A stretch of DNA of 64,000 bases. Source: Bdellovibrionota bacterium (GTDB taxonomy: Bacteria; Bdellovibrionota_C; UBA2361; JBIKWN01). Shown piece by piece: positions 34,905 to 44,548 of this stretch. Location of the stretch: positions 64,001 to 128,000 of the forward strand of contig JBIKWN010000002.1 of the NCBI GenBank assembly GCA_044356295.1, in the 5' to 3' direction. Position 1 is the first letter of the stretch. Every line of letters begins with the position of its first letter. The notes under the pieces were generated by a model. That model saw nothing but the letters and a program-made list of their open reading frames with translations. It searched no databases and was not told the origin of the DNA. A program made the translations under genes and the position numbers.

Positions 34905-35136
34905 GAAAAATGAGCTGAATTTGTCCCTCGTTTAGAAAGTTGAAAAAAAATATTACGAAAAATTCGCAAAAATAATTATTTTTCTTAGGGGAAAACTTAA
35001 CATTCAATGTTTAAAACAAAAAAAATAATTACTTTGTTTTAAAGTTTTTTGTTGCAAGAAGTCTGAAATACTGAAATGAAAAATATAACTGTAACTGATA
35101 ATGACTCTCTACTTTTCAGGATCTCTTACTCTGCTA

Positions 35137-36360
35137 TTAGTGATTAAACGGGAATGTAGATAAATAAAGAGCATACCCACCACAAATCTGCATGATAAGT
35201 AAAAATATACCAACTATTTTTATCCATGTACGCGAGTAAAATATTATCCTGCTGAAACCAAAGGCCGCAGGTAAAAGAATCCAAGGTATGAGCACTGCCA
35301 TTCGATGAACATCAACTCTAGTTGTAAGTAACATTAATCCTGAAATAGATCCGACTATAAAAAAACAGTTTAATAATTCTTTATATCGGTAAAGCCCAAT
35401 AAGGATAAATAAAGGAAGTATTCCAAAAAGAAGTGCCACTCTTGGAGGGTCTCTCCAAATTGCAGTATCGGTGGGAGTAAAAAAGATGAGTAATAACTCA
35501 GGGAATCGTTTCCTAATAGTTTCAATCAACATACCAAAGTTACTGAGGTTATGGGGATTATGTACGCCTTGTATTTCAAGCCAATAAGCCCAGTGCTCTG
35601 GGAGTGATCGAGCAATACCAATTTGCTCACCGCGCGCATTCCAAAATGACTGTAAAGAACCAAAATGTGATTGATAAAGTACTAAAATCAAAAGCGGCAG
35701 AACAAAACAAAAAAGCATATATACTTTTCTGATCCCTTTGTTTTTAATCCACAGATTCCAAATAAAAAGTGGCGCTGATATTAGAGCGATAAATCTAACG
35801 GGTGTATATTCATATGAAGCAGCAATCATGGTTAGAACTACTCCACTTACATAGAGCAAAGAGGACCTATCATTTCGTCGCCCGCGTTCAAGCAAAGCAA
35901 GAAGCAGAAAACTTAATCCAATTGCAAAACCAACATTGACGCCATTTCCAAGAAAAAAAAGAAGTGCTGTATGGCTTAAGAATAACGCTATAAAAATAAC
36001 ATATTCTTTTGTTAGCGGAAGAAGTGCCCAAATGCCCAGAGCAATTACTATAAATGACAATACTAAAGACAGCCTTCTCAGATCGTCTATTTGCATTACT
36101 TGCCATGTTGCCAATCCTCCAAAAACCAAAGACTGATCTCCATTAGAAACAAGTCCATCATGCCACAAAGTTCTAGACATGATTCGTTCTGATAAGCTCG
36201 GATAATCATTTCGCTCTTTGATAATATTCTGATGCACTGATGTTTCCCAAACCAAAAATCCTTTGGGAATCTCTCTAAACTTTCCTGCATAAATCACAAC
36301 ACAGACGCTGATAATCGATACCAAAATTACCATCTTCTTTAAGGGGGGAAATAAGTGCAT
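35137..36360 (-). CDS. Polytopic membrane protein, possibly a GT-C (ArnT/PMT-like) glycosyltransferase
   Basis: Many hydrophobic segments with extracytoplasmic loops; family is a weak inference. Confidence 0.5.
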   Translation of the reverse strand: MHLFPPLKKMVILVSIISVCVVIYAGKFREIPKGFLVWETSVHQNIIKERNDYPSLSERIMSRTLWHDGLVSNGDQSLVFGGLATWQVMQIDDLRRLSLVLSFIVIALGIWALLPLTKEYVIFIALFLSHTALLFFLGNGVNVGFAIGLSFLLLALLERGRRNDRSSLLYVSGVVLTMIAASYEYTPVRFIALISAPLFIWNLWIKNKGIRKVYMLFCFVLPLLILVLYQSHFGSLQSFWNARGEQIGIARSLPEHWAYWLEIQGVHNPHNLSNFGMLIETIRKRFPELLLIFFTPTDTAIWRDPPRVALLFGILPLFILIGLYRYKELLNCFFIVGSISGLMLLTTRVDVHRMAVLIPWILLPAAFGFSRIIFYSRTWIKIVGIFLLIMQICGGYALYLSTFPFNH

Positions 36361-36540
36361 AGAATAGATTTTAACTGTTTTTTTGAGATAAGGTCATACT
36401 AAAAATGAGGTATGCCCTGCTCAAAACTTTTTTACCGACTTTTTTTCAGCGTGATAGCAAAAAAGTTACGATTATGGTTTTTTAGATTTTTCCTGTCTGT
36501 TCTTGAGATGTAGCTCAATAAGATCATAAACTTTAATTAC

Positions 36541-37920
36541 ATGACGAACAGTAAACGAGATTTTTATAAATTTTTATTATCGCTTCTGATCGTATTTTTT
36601 ACGGCGATTGCTTTGCTTTGGTTGAATACTGGAACATTATCGCCTTTTGCATCCACATACTACGCACCGATAGTCAGTGGCCCTTGTCATTACCTCTACA
36701 ATCCTGATCATTCCATTTTCTTAAGTACCTATTTAATGCTAGACGGTGCACCTTCGAGTGAATGGATGGAAAGCATCGCACTAAGAAGGATCTTATATCC
36801 TTTAGTGGCTTATCCCTTTATGAAGGTATGGGGATTTGAGCTGGGCGGATTTATAGCAAGCTTACTTATATACGTTGTTACATTTTGGTCACTTATTATT
36901 TTTATAAATAAAAAATTTGGAAGATCCACCGCTTTATGGGGTGCTTGGATCTTTGCCACCTATCCAGGCGTCGCATACTGGATCGGTATGCCGTTTAGTT
37001 ATTCACTTATCCCAGCCGTAAGCTTATTTACAACGGTATTGATTGATAAGCTACTTGAGAAAGATCGGGGATTAAGACAGGTCATACTAATTGCTTTTTT
37101 AATAGGAGTCGGTGGCCTTGCTCATGATACGGTGGCTCTTGGCGCACTTATGGCAGGGTTTTTCGGCTTAATTTTTCAAAAGCGTTTTGCACATATTTTA
37201 TGTTTCTTGCCGATAGTGGTAGCCCCACTCTTGATTACACAAGTCATTATCACTTCAATTTCGGGAACTTCAATAGTTGACTCCAACACTGTTTATTATC
37301 CCGAGATTCTCAAAAGCTACTTTACAAATTTTCAGGATCCAAGATGGCGGGAACAAATACTTGTTTTTCCTGAAGTGCTTCTTCTTTGTTTTTTTGCGAG
37401 TAACTTCATTTTTCTTCCTGTATTGGCGTTTTTTTATCTTAGAGGCAGCTATCTAGAGCGAAAAAGAGTCGCCTTCTTTCGGGCTTTTTCAATTTCTGAA
37501 ACAAGTTGGCTTTTCGCCTACATTTTTATAGTTGCAATTATCAACCTCGCACCGCTCTATGGGACTAGGTTTTCAATGAGGGGGGTTGAGTATTCTCGAT
37601 ATTATCAATTTCTATTTGGACCGATATTTTTTTACTGCTGTCGTCACATTTCATCGCTTAAATATGCGAAGCATGCGGCTTTAATCTGCGTGATGTTGAA
37701 TGTAGCCGTCGTACTTGGTCCCTGGCTTAGTCCGAGATTTACCAGCGCAGTTTATGCTCTCTTTTACCGACATTCTAATCCAGAAGACTATGTAAATAAT
37801 CTTAATAAATTTGGAAGGATTCCATTGGGAGGTTTTGGATGTCCTTTGGCCATAGAGGCTATTCCTCTTAGTAAAAGTTATCTAAGTGGGGCAGCAAAGT
37901 GGAAGGTAGATAGTCGTTGA
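36541..37920 (+). CDS. Polytopic membrane protein, possibly GT-C fold
   Basis: 459-aa ORF with many TM segments and RRILYP in the first loop; family is a weak inference. Confidence 0.5.
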   Translation: MTNSKRDFYKFLLSLLIVFFTAIALLWLNTGTLSPFASTYYAPIVSGPCHYLYNPDHSIFLSTYLMLDGAPSSEWMESIALRRILYPLVAYPFMKVWGFELGGFIASLLIYVVTFWSLIIFINKKFGRSTALWGAWIFATYPGVAYWIGMPFSYSLIPAVSLFTTVLIDKLLEKDRGLRQVILIAFLIGVGGLAHDTVALGALMAGFFGLIFQKRFAHILCFLPIVVAPLLITQVIITSISGTSIVDSNTVYYPEILKSYFTNFQDPRWREQILVFPEVLLLCFFASNFIFLPVLAFFYLRGSYLERKRVAFFRAFSISETSWLFAYIFIVAIINLAPLYGTRFSMRGVEYSRYYQFLFGPIFFYCCRHISSLKYAKHAALICVMLNVAVVLGPWLSPRFTSAVYALFYRHSNPEDYVNNLNKFGRIPLGGFGCPLAIEAIPLSKSYLSGAAKWKVDSR

Positions 37921-37967
37921 AAAGTAATACAATAGTTTGAGATTTTTAATTTTTCCTATTTATAAAA

Positions 37968-39053
37968 TTAAAAATTCGCTTTTCGAAAAACAGTAAGTAC
38001 CAAACCACCTAAAAGAGCAGCACTGAGAGAAGCTACTAAAATAGAAATTTTTACTGGCTCAAGATCATTATCAAATGCAAGATTTGCAATAAAAATCGAC
38101 ATTGTAAAACCAACACCTGCAAGAAGTGACACTCCAAACATTTGAAGAAAATTTACGTTTTGAGGCAATGTAACGTTGAAAAATCGCACAAGGAAAAAAA
38201 CTGCCAACATTATTCCAAGCGGCTTACCAAGAACTAAGCCCAGAATAATCCCCCAAAAACTTTGAAGCTCAGTCGCCAACATAAAAGCGTTCAATGAAAT
38301 TGGCACTCCAGCATTTACAAGTGCAAAAAGCGGCATAATGCAAAATGCGACAAACGAATGAAGTTTATCTTCATACTGTGAAGCATTTGATTCGGGAACA
38401 AGAAACGCAAGAATGATTCCAGCTATTGTTGCATGAATTCCAGACAAGAGTGTTCCATACCAAAGTAGAATGGCAAAAACTGTGAAAACGATATGTCGTT
38501 TTGATACAGATTTACGAAGCAAAAAAAGTACAACTGCTAAAATAAAAACAATAGCGAGATAGAAAAATGAGAAACTTTTCGAATAAAAAAAAGCTATTAC
38601 TAAGATGGCACCAATATCATCAACGATTGCAAGGGATGTAAGGAAAATCTTGAGACCATGCGGTATTCTTGAGCCGAACAGACTCAAGACACCAAGCGCA
38701 AATGCAATATCAGTTGCCATAGGAACGCCCCAACCTGATTGCTCTTTAGTACCATATGTACAAAAAAGATACATTGCTGCTGGTGCAATCATGCCTCCGA
38801 TAGCAGCACCAATTGGCAGACTGCTTTTTGAAAAACTTGCAAGTTCACCAGAGTTAATTTCACGACGAATTTCTAACCCAACTACAAAAAAGAATAATAC
38901 CATTAATACATCATTCACAAAAAAATGCATTGAATGACTTAAAGAAAAGTATAGTTCCGAAAAAGTCGAGTTAGCTAGAATAAGTGCAACAATGGTCATA
39001 AGAAGCAATAAAATTGCACTCGATGACTCATGTTTAAAAAATGTCGCGAGCAT
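37968..39053 (-). CDS. nhaA: Na+/H+ antiporter NhaA
   Basis: NDVLM.LFFFVVGLEIRRE, GWGVPMATDIAFA, LAIVDD and GVGFTMSIFI motifs. Confidence 0.95.
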   Translation of the reverse strand: MLATFFKHESSSAILLLLMTIVALILANSTFSELYFSLSHSMHFFVNDVLMVLFFFVVGLEIRREINSGELASFSKSSLPIGAAIGGMIAPAAMYLFCTYGTKEQSGWGVPMATDIAFALGVLSLFGSRIPHGLKIFLTSLAIVDDIGAILVIAFFYSKSFSFFYLAIVFILAVVLFLLRKSVSKRHIVFTVFAILLWYGTLLSGIHATIAGIILAFLVPESNASQYEDKLHSFVAFCIMPLFALVNAGVPISLNAFMLATELQSFWGIILGLVLGKPLGIMLAVFFLVRFFNVTLPQNVNFLQMFGVSLLAGVGFTMSIFIANLAFDNDLEPVKISILVASLSAALLGGLVLTVFRKANF

Positions 39054-39056
39054 TTT

Positions 39057-41366
39057 TTATAAACCTAAAGAAGTATAAAATGTCGTAAGTAAAACAGTAA
39101 TTATTGTCAACAAAAATCCAACTTTGAAAAAATCTTTCAAAGAATACCCACCAGGGCCAAGAATAAGCATATGGGCTCGGTGGCTAAGAGGGCTTAAAAA
39201 TCCAAGAGAAGCAGCAACAGAAACAGCCATTACCATTGGCTGCGGAAGAAACCCGTGTGACAAAGACAATTGTATTGCAACAGGAGCAACGATAATCACT
39301 GCAAGAGTTGAATCAAGTAGTTGTGCAATAACACAACTTGCAGACACTAAAAGGAACACAAGAAAAAATTGTCCGTGTAATTCTGTGAATGAAGTAATAA
39401 AAGTTGTAAGATTATCCGTAATTCCAAATCGTGAAAAAGCGATTTGAAATGGAAGGAGGCAAGCGAGCATGATAATTAATCGCCAATCTATTTCACGATA
39501 TGCCTCTTCCATTTTTATTGCACCACTCAGGATAACAATTGCACATGCAATCAACGCAGAAATACCCGGTGAAAATAAATGAATACCTGATAGTAGAACG
39601 AGGGTGAATAAAGCAAAAAGTGCCCATTTTGCTTTTTCAGGACGTGTCGGAGTTTGAAACTGATCAGATAGAAAAACAAAATCAGTATCTCTTGCAAGAA
39701 GTGATAGCTGTTCGTGGCTTCCTTGCAGAAGTAACGCATCCCCGAACTGAAGTGGTGTGCGGCTAAATTTAGTACGTTTTGGCTCTCCATTTCTCCAGAT
39801 ACCAAGTACTTTGACACCATATACTTTTGTAAATCGTACTGATTCTATTGATTTGTTAATGAGGCTCGAACGGGGGGCAAGGACAACTTCTTGCAAAAGT
39901 AGCTCGGATGCCTCGAAATCAAATTCAGACGTATCTTCATCAATATTGATTTCTGTAAGGGCTTTAATGGCATCGATAACCTTTGATTGTCCGGCAACTA
40001 TGAGGACATCTCCTGCTTCAATTAATTCTTCACCTGTAATGTTAATAATAAAATCGCCATTTCTTTTAATGCTGATGACGGTAAGTTCGATGAGTTCATT
40101 AAGTCCACTCTCACGAATTGCAATACGCGAAAGTCTTGAATCGTCAGGAATTTGAATCGCAAAAACTGCCTCTCGTGAAAGATTATTTAATTCAACTACA
40201 TTTTTTTCAAAGACATCATCTAATAATGTTTGATTCGATTTTAATCCGATGCAGATTGCGAGATCACCATCCAGTAATTCTTGATCTGATATCGATTCAG
40301 TGATGAGTTGCCCATTTCGCTCAATTGAAAGAATGTAAAATCCGTACGTCGCTCGGAACGCAATCTCTTTAATTTTTTTGCCGCGAGACGAATTTTTTCT
40401 GTCTATTCGTATTCTTCGTGCTGTTAAAAGATTTGCTTCCTCTAACGTCAGCGCTTGGTGAAGAGTCAATACCTCAGCATTACTGATTCTTAACATTTTT
40501 TGTAACTCTTGACTCCTGCCACGTACGAGGAGCGTATCGCCATTATGAAGAGCATCCTCTGCCGTCATTGAAAAGCGCAGTTTGTGATCTCTTTTGATTG
40601 CCAGCACTTCAAGGTCAAGTGCTTCACCCCATTTGAGTTCTTTTAATTTCTTACCTTCTAGTTTTGATTGTTGTGGAAGCTTTAAGGAGAAAAGTCTTTC
40701 CTTTAAGCGGTACACATCTGCAAGCGCAGTTCCAGTTAAGCTCTCAGTCATAGACTTACCTGATAGAAAATGTCGACCAATGACTACAAAGTAAATAAGC
40801 CCTGCAAGTGAAAGTAAAATACCTAGAGGGAAAAACTCAAGAAGTGAAAAAGGTCGAAGATTATATTGTCTGAGAACTTCCGACCCAAGCATATTAGAAG
40901 AAGTACCAACGAGTGTTACCGTTCCACCAAGGAGCACTCCAAAAGAGAGTGGAATAAAAAGTTTGCCTGGACTAATTCGGGCATGACGCGCAAGGCTTGC
41001 AACAGCCGGAAGCATCGCAGCAGTTGCAGCAACATTATTCATAACACTTGAAATCAACGCTCCAACTCCAAACGTGAGGGCGACAGCTCTTGCTTCATCC
41101 CCTTTCGAGTAATTGGCCATTGCTTTTCCAAATCTATCTGCTAAGCCAGAGAGTCGAAGAGCACCACTGAGGAAAAAACTAGTTGCCATCAATATCACTG
41201 CTTCAGATGAAAAACCTTTCAGTGCCTCATCCGTCGAAAGGAGACCAAGAACTACAAGCAGAAGCATTGAAAAAAGCGCAGCAGCATCAAGCCCGACTTT
41301 TCCAGAATAAAAAAGCCCAACGGTTACAAAGAAAACCGATAAAACAATATATGACTCTTGGGTCAT
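39057..41366 (-). CDS. SLC13/DASS-family permease with multiple TrkA-C domains
   Basis: SSVMNN and GGTVTLVGTSSN motifs; repeated SxLxGK/IxRxG/GDxLLV modules; C-terminal GPGGYSLKDF. Confidence 0.88.
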   Translation of the reverse strand: MTQESYIVLSVFFVTVGLFYSGKVGLDAAALFSMLLLVVLGLLSTDEALKGFSSEAVILMATSFFLSGALRLSGLADRFGKAMANYSKGDEARAVALTFGVGALISSVMNNVAATAAMLPAVASLARHARISPGKLFIPLSFGVLLGGTVTLVGTSSNMLGSEVLRQYNLRPFSLLEFFPLGILLSLAGLIYFVVIGRHFLSGKSMTESLTGTALADVYRLKERLFSLKLPQQSKLEGKKLKELKWGEALDLEVLAIKRDHKLRFSMTAEDALHNGDTLLVRGRSQELQKMLRISNAEVLTLHQALTLEEANLLTARRIRIDRKNSSRGKKIKEIAFRATYGFYILSIERNGQLITESISDQELLDGDLAICIGLKSNQTLLDDVFEKNVVELNNLSREAVFAIQIPDDSRLSRIAIRESGLNELIELTVISIKRNGDFIINITGEELIEAGDVLIVAGQSKVIDAIKALTEINIDEDTSEFDFEASELLLQEVVLAPRSSLINKSIESVRFTKVYGVKVLGIWRNGEPKRTKFSRTPLQFGDALLLQGSHEQLSLLARDTDFVFLSDQFQTPTRPEKAKWALFALFTLVLLSGIHLFSPGISALIACAIVILSGAIKMEEAYREIDWRLIIMLACLLPFQIAFSRFGITDNLTTFITSFTELHGQFFLVFLLVSASCVIAQLLDSTLAVIIVAPVAIQLSLSHGFLPQPMVMAVSVAASLGFLSPLSHRAHMLILGPGGYSLKDFFKVGFLLTIITVLLTTFYTSLGL

Positions 41367-41385
41367 CTCGAGACTTAACTATTAA

Positions 41386-42957
41386 CTAAATGGAATATAG
41401 GTGGTCAAACAATGTTGCCCCTGCAAGACGAGTGATTCTCTTGTTTTCAGCTAGTGAATATACAATATGAAATACTGCTTCTGGCTCAGCAGAAATAGCA
41501 GTAGCAATCTCTTCAACAGTTTGACCGTCTCCTTTAGAAAGGGCTGACATAATTTTCTTTTGCAGATCAAGAACAGATGCTGCTGCTTTTTTACCAGCCT
41601 CAACACCTGGTTGGTGATACGCATTTACATTAATCAAAGAAGCATACAAACCAACTGTCCGCTCAAACAATGCTATTAACATACCAATAGTCTCTTCGCT
41701 GACTTCATCAATTGTTAACGAAATACTTTCTCTGCCATTTTCATAAAGAGCTTGTCTTGTTCCTTGATAAAAACCTGAAAGATAATCAGCACTCGTTATA
41801 CTCGGCTCAACTTCCATAGAAGTGGCAATCGATTCAGTACGTGCAGCACGCAGTACTTGGATAAAAACTGCAAAAAAGTTTGGTACCCCTTCTCTTAATT
41901 GCTGTAGATACGCATGTTGATCAGTTGATCCTTTATTTCCATAGACTGCGATGCCTTGAAATACTGATTTACCAGAAAGGTCTTTCTCTTTACCAAGACT
42001 CTCCATGACAAGTTGTTGTAAGTATCTGCTAAAAAGTTCTAATCGATCTTTATACGGCAGAATCACCATATCTTTTTGGCCATTTCCTCCACCTAATCGA
42101 TACCAACAAAGTGCCAATATCATCGCTGGATTTTGCCGCCAATCTTTGACCCTAGTCAGTTCATCCATTTGTTTTGCCCCGAAAAGCAGAGCATCAACAT
42201 TAAACCCCTGTAATGCAGCTGGAACTAATCCAACTGTGCTTAACTGACTTGTTCTTCCTCCAACCCAATCCCACATTGGAAAAGTTTTAAGCCATTTTTC
42301 ACTTGTTGCAGTCTGAAACAATTCACTGCCATCACCTGTAATGGCTACAAAGTGATCCGAAACAGAAAGTTTCTTTTTAGATAATGCTGTTTTAGCAATG
42401 AGCTGTCCGTTTCGTGTTTCTTTAGTGCCACCTGATTTTGAAATAACTACAACAAGTGTTGCTGCCAGATCAGGAATTTTATCCAGAACGCGAGCCATTC
42501 CGTCTGGGTCCGTATTATCAAAAAAATAAAGATCGAGGGGATCTTTATGCGACGAGAGTGCATGACTTAAGAATTGAGGTCCAAGCGCGGATCCACCAAT
42601 CCCGATAACAAGGAGATGTTTGAAACATTTATAATGTTCAGGATGAATCTTTCCTGAATGAATATCTGCTGCAAATTGTTTTAGATTTGAGACCGCATCC
42701 TCAATTGCTGAGGCAATTTCTTTGGTCGGGCTCATTTTTGAATTTCTCAGCCAATAGTGCCCTACCATTCTTTTTTCATCTGGATTGGCAATGGAGCCAC
42801 CTTCAAGGGCGTCCATATCGGTCAAAGCTTTCTGAATTTTTGGCTCCATTTCCTTTAAAAATGGGGCTTCCAGAGCACCTCGGCTAAAATCGAGACCAAA
42901 GCTATGAAAAGAGTTATAGTAGTAAGAGTTCTTGAAATGGTTCCATGTAAGATTCAT
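41386..42957 (-). CDS. pgi: Glucose-6-phosphate isomerase
   Basis: IGIGGSALG, SKSGGTKET, DWVGGRTS, QQLVMESLGK and HQPGVEAGK motifs. Confidence 0.95.
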   Translation of the reverse strand: MNLTWNHFKNSYYYNSFHSFGLDFSRGALEAPFLKEMEPKIQKALTDMDALEGGSIANPDEKRMVGHYWLRNSKMSPTKEIASAIEDAVSNLKQFAADIHSGKIHPEHYKCFKHLLVIGIGGSALGPQFLSHALSSHKDPLDLYFFDNTDPDGMARVLDKIPDLAATLVVVISKSGGTKETRNGQLIAKTALSKKKLSVSDHFVAITGDGSELFQTATSEKWLKTFPMWDWVGGRTSQLSTVGLVPAALQGFNVDALLFGAKQMDELTRVKDWRQNPAMILALCWYRLGGGNGQKDMVILPYKDRLELFSRYLQQLVMESLGKEKDLSGKSVFQGIAVYGNKGSTDQHAYLQQLREGVPNFFAVFIQVLRAARTESIATSMEVEPSITSADYLSGFYQGTRQALYENGRESISLTIDEVSEETIGMLIALFERTVGLYASLINVNAYHQPGVEAGKKAAASVLDLQKKIMSALSKGDGQTVEEIATAISAEPEAVFHIVYSLAENKRITRLAGATLFDHLYSI

Positions 42958-43001
42958 ACCTTGAACTATCGAAAACTATTTCGTATTTTGCCAGTCCCTA
43001 T

Positions 43002-43667
43002 ATGTTAAAACGTAACCTAACCATGCTCCTTGGATGTTTTGAGGAGTTCAAAAACACTGGCTCAGCCTTTAATAGCTCAAAATGGGCAGCTAGGGCTCTG
43101 ACTAATCCAATGTCAGAGCGCTCTGGGCCAGTGAACATCATTGAAATTGGTGCCGGTACAGGACCTGTTACCGTTGAGATTATCAAAAGAATGATTCCTG
43201 GTGACCATCTCACAATTGTTGAGATTAACCCCAAATTTATGGCTGTTCTTAAAGAACATATTACGGCTCTTCCTGAATATGCTGCCCACTGCGAAAGAAT
43301 CACTTTTTTCGAAGGTCCTATTCAAGATGTTCCAGAGACAAAAAAATATGATCTTCTGGTTTGTGCGCTGCCGTTTCTTAATTTTGATAGACCACTTGTT
43401 GAAGAGATCTTTGTTAAATTTAATAGACTCTCAAATCCTGATGCAATCATGACGCATTACGAATACATAGGAATGAGACGTATTGGAAAAGTTGTTTCAA
43501 AAGCTCGCGCTAAAAGAGCTGAAGAGTTGGAAAACTTCTTTTCTGAAATTGGTCATACTCGTTTAATTACTAAGAAGAATGTTTGGCTCAATCTTACGCC
43601 AATTCATATTTATACACTGAATCTTCCTGTTGAGATTGAAAAACGGACTTTGCTTCGTGCTTCTTGA
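43002..43667 (+). CDS. Phospholipid N-methyltransferase (PmtA/OlsG-like)
   Basis: TGSAFNSSKWAARAL, IIEIGAGTGPVT, EINPKF, ALPFLNF and VWLNLTP motifs. Confidence 0.7.
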   Translation: MLKRNLTMLLGCFEEFKNTGSAFNSSKWAARALTNPMSERSGPVNIIEIGAGTGPVTVEIIKRMIPGDHLTIVEINPKFMAVLKEHITALPEYAAHCERITFFEGPIQDVPETKKYDLLVCALPFLNFDRPLVEEIFVKFNRLSNPDAIMTHYEYIGMRRIGKVVSKARAKRAEELENFFSEIGHTRLITKKNVWLNLTPIHIYTLNLPVEIEKRTLLRAS

Positions 43668-43673
43668 GATTGA

Positions 43674-43745
43674 GTAACACGAAGGTCGCGAAGTACGCTA
43701 AGGATTAAATTAATTCCTTCGCGTACTTCGCGACCTTCGCGTTAC
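43674..43745 (+). repeat. 72-bp extragenic palindrome with 9-nt periodic arms (REP/MITE-like)
   Basis: 31-bp arms with 2 mismatches and a 10-nt AT loop, between convergent genes. Confidence 0.8.
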
Positions 43746-43792
43746 AAAAAATGTCTTCAGTTACTATTCTACCGGACAGAAGTGTTAGCGGA

Positions 43793-44548
43793 TCAACTGT
43801 TATTTTTAGGGCTTCTCTTAAAAATCGATTTTAAGGGACCACTAAATACATAACCTAGTGCAACTAAAAGAAATCCGATTTTTGAATTATACCAAACAAG
43901 CGCAATGGTCGCTCCGAGCATTAGTTGCCAAAATAGACTCATCCCCTGAAGTTTCAGACCCTTAATGCTAAAAAATTCAATATCGGAAACCATCAAAAAG
44001 GAAAGAGTCGCCATGGTAAGCGTTCCAAGTGTCAAAATTGTATCAGACTGCGTAACGGGACCCATAAAGTGAACAATCGCTAATACAGCACCGGCTGCAC
44101 CCGGCGTGGGAAGACCAGAGAATCCTTTTAAGTTTGTTGATGTTAAGTTGAAACGAGCAAGCCTTGATGCTGCACAAAGTGTAAAGATAAAAGTTATAAA
44201 CACTCCGAATTCATCAGCAGTTTTTGAAAATCCCCAATGATACATCAGCACTGCTGGAGCAACGCCAAATGAAACAACGTCAGAGAAAGAATCGAATTCC
44301 ATTCCAAATGGAGACGTTGCATTCAATTTCCGAGCAACACGACCATCGAGCCCATCAAGAAGGATCGCAATAGTCAGTGTTAATACACTCTCACTCAAAC
44401 GACCAGAGGTTGCATACATAATTGCAAGATACCCACAAAACATATTTCCAAGGGTCACTAAGTTTGGAACAAGATAACGTCTGCGGTAGGCAACTTCTTT
44501 GATTCTCGATCTGCGTTCTTCTTTGGTATTCCCAAGAAATTTACGCAT
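43793..44548 (-). CDS. pssA: CDP-diacylglycerol--serine O-phosphatidyltransferase
   Basis: PNLVTLGN, DGLDGRVAR...SPFGMEFDSFSD, RLARFN and FSGLPTP motifs; likely ATG at 44548 overlapping the upstream stop (track start 44599). Confidence 0.92.
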   Translation of the reverse strand: MRKFLGNTKEERRSRIKEVAYRRRYLVPNLVTLGNMFCGYLAIMYATSGRLSESVLTLTIAILLDGLDGRVARKLNATSPFGMEFDSFSDVVSFGVAPAVLMYHWGFSKTADEFGVFITFIFTLCAASRLARFNLTSTNLKGFSGLPTPGAAGAVLAIVHFMGPVTQSDTILTLGTLTMATLSFLMVSDIEFFSIKGLKLQGMSLFWQLMLGATIALVWYNSKIGFLLVALGYVFSGPLKSIFKRSPKNNS

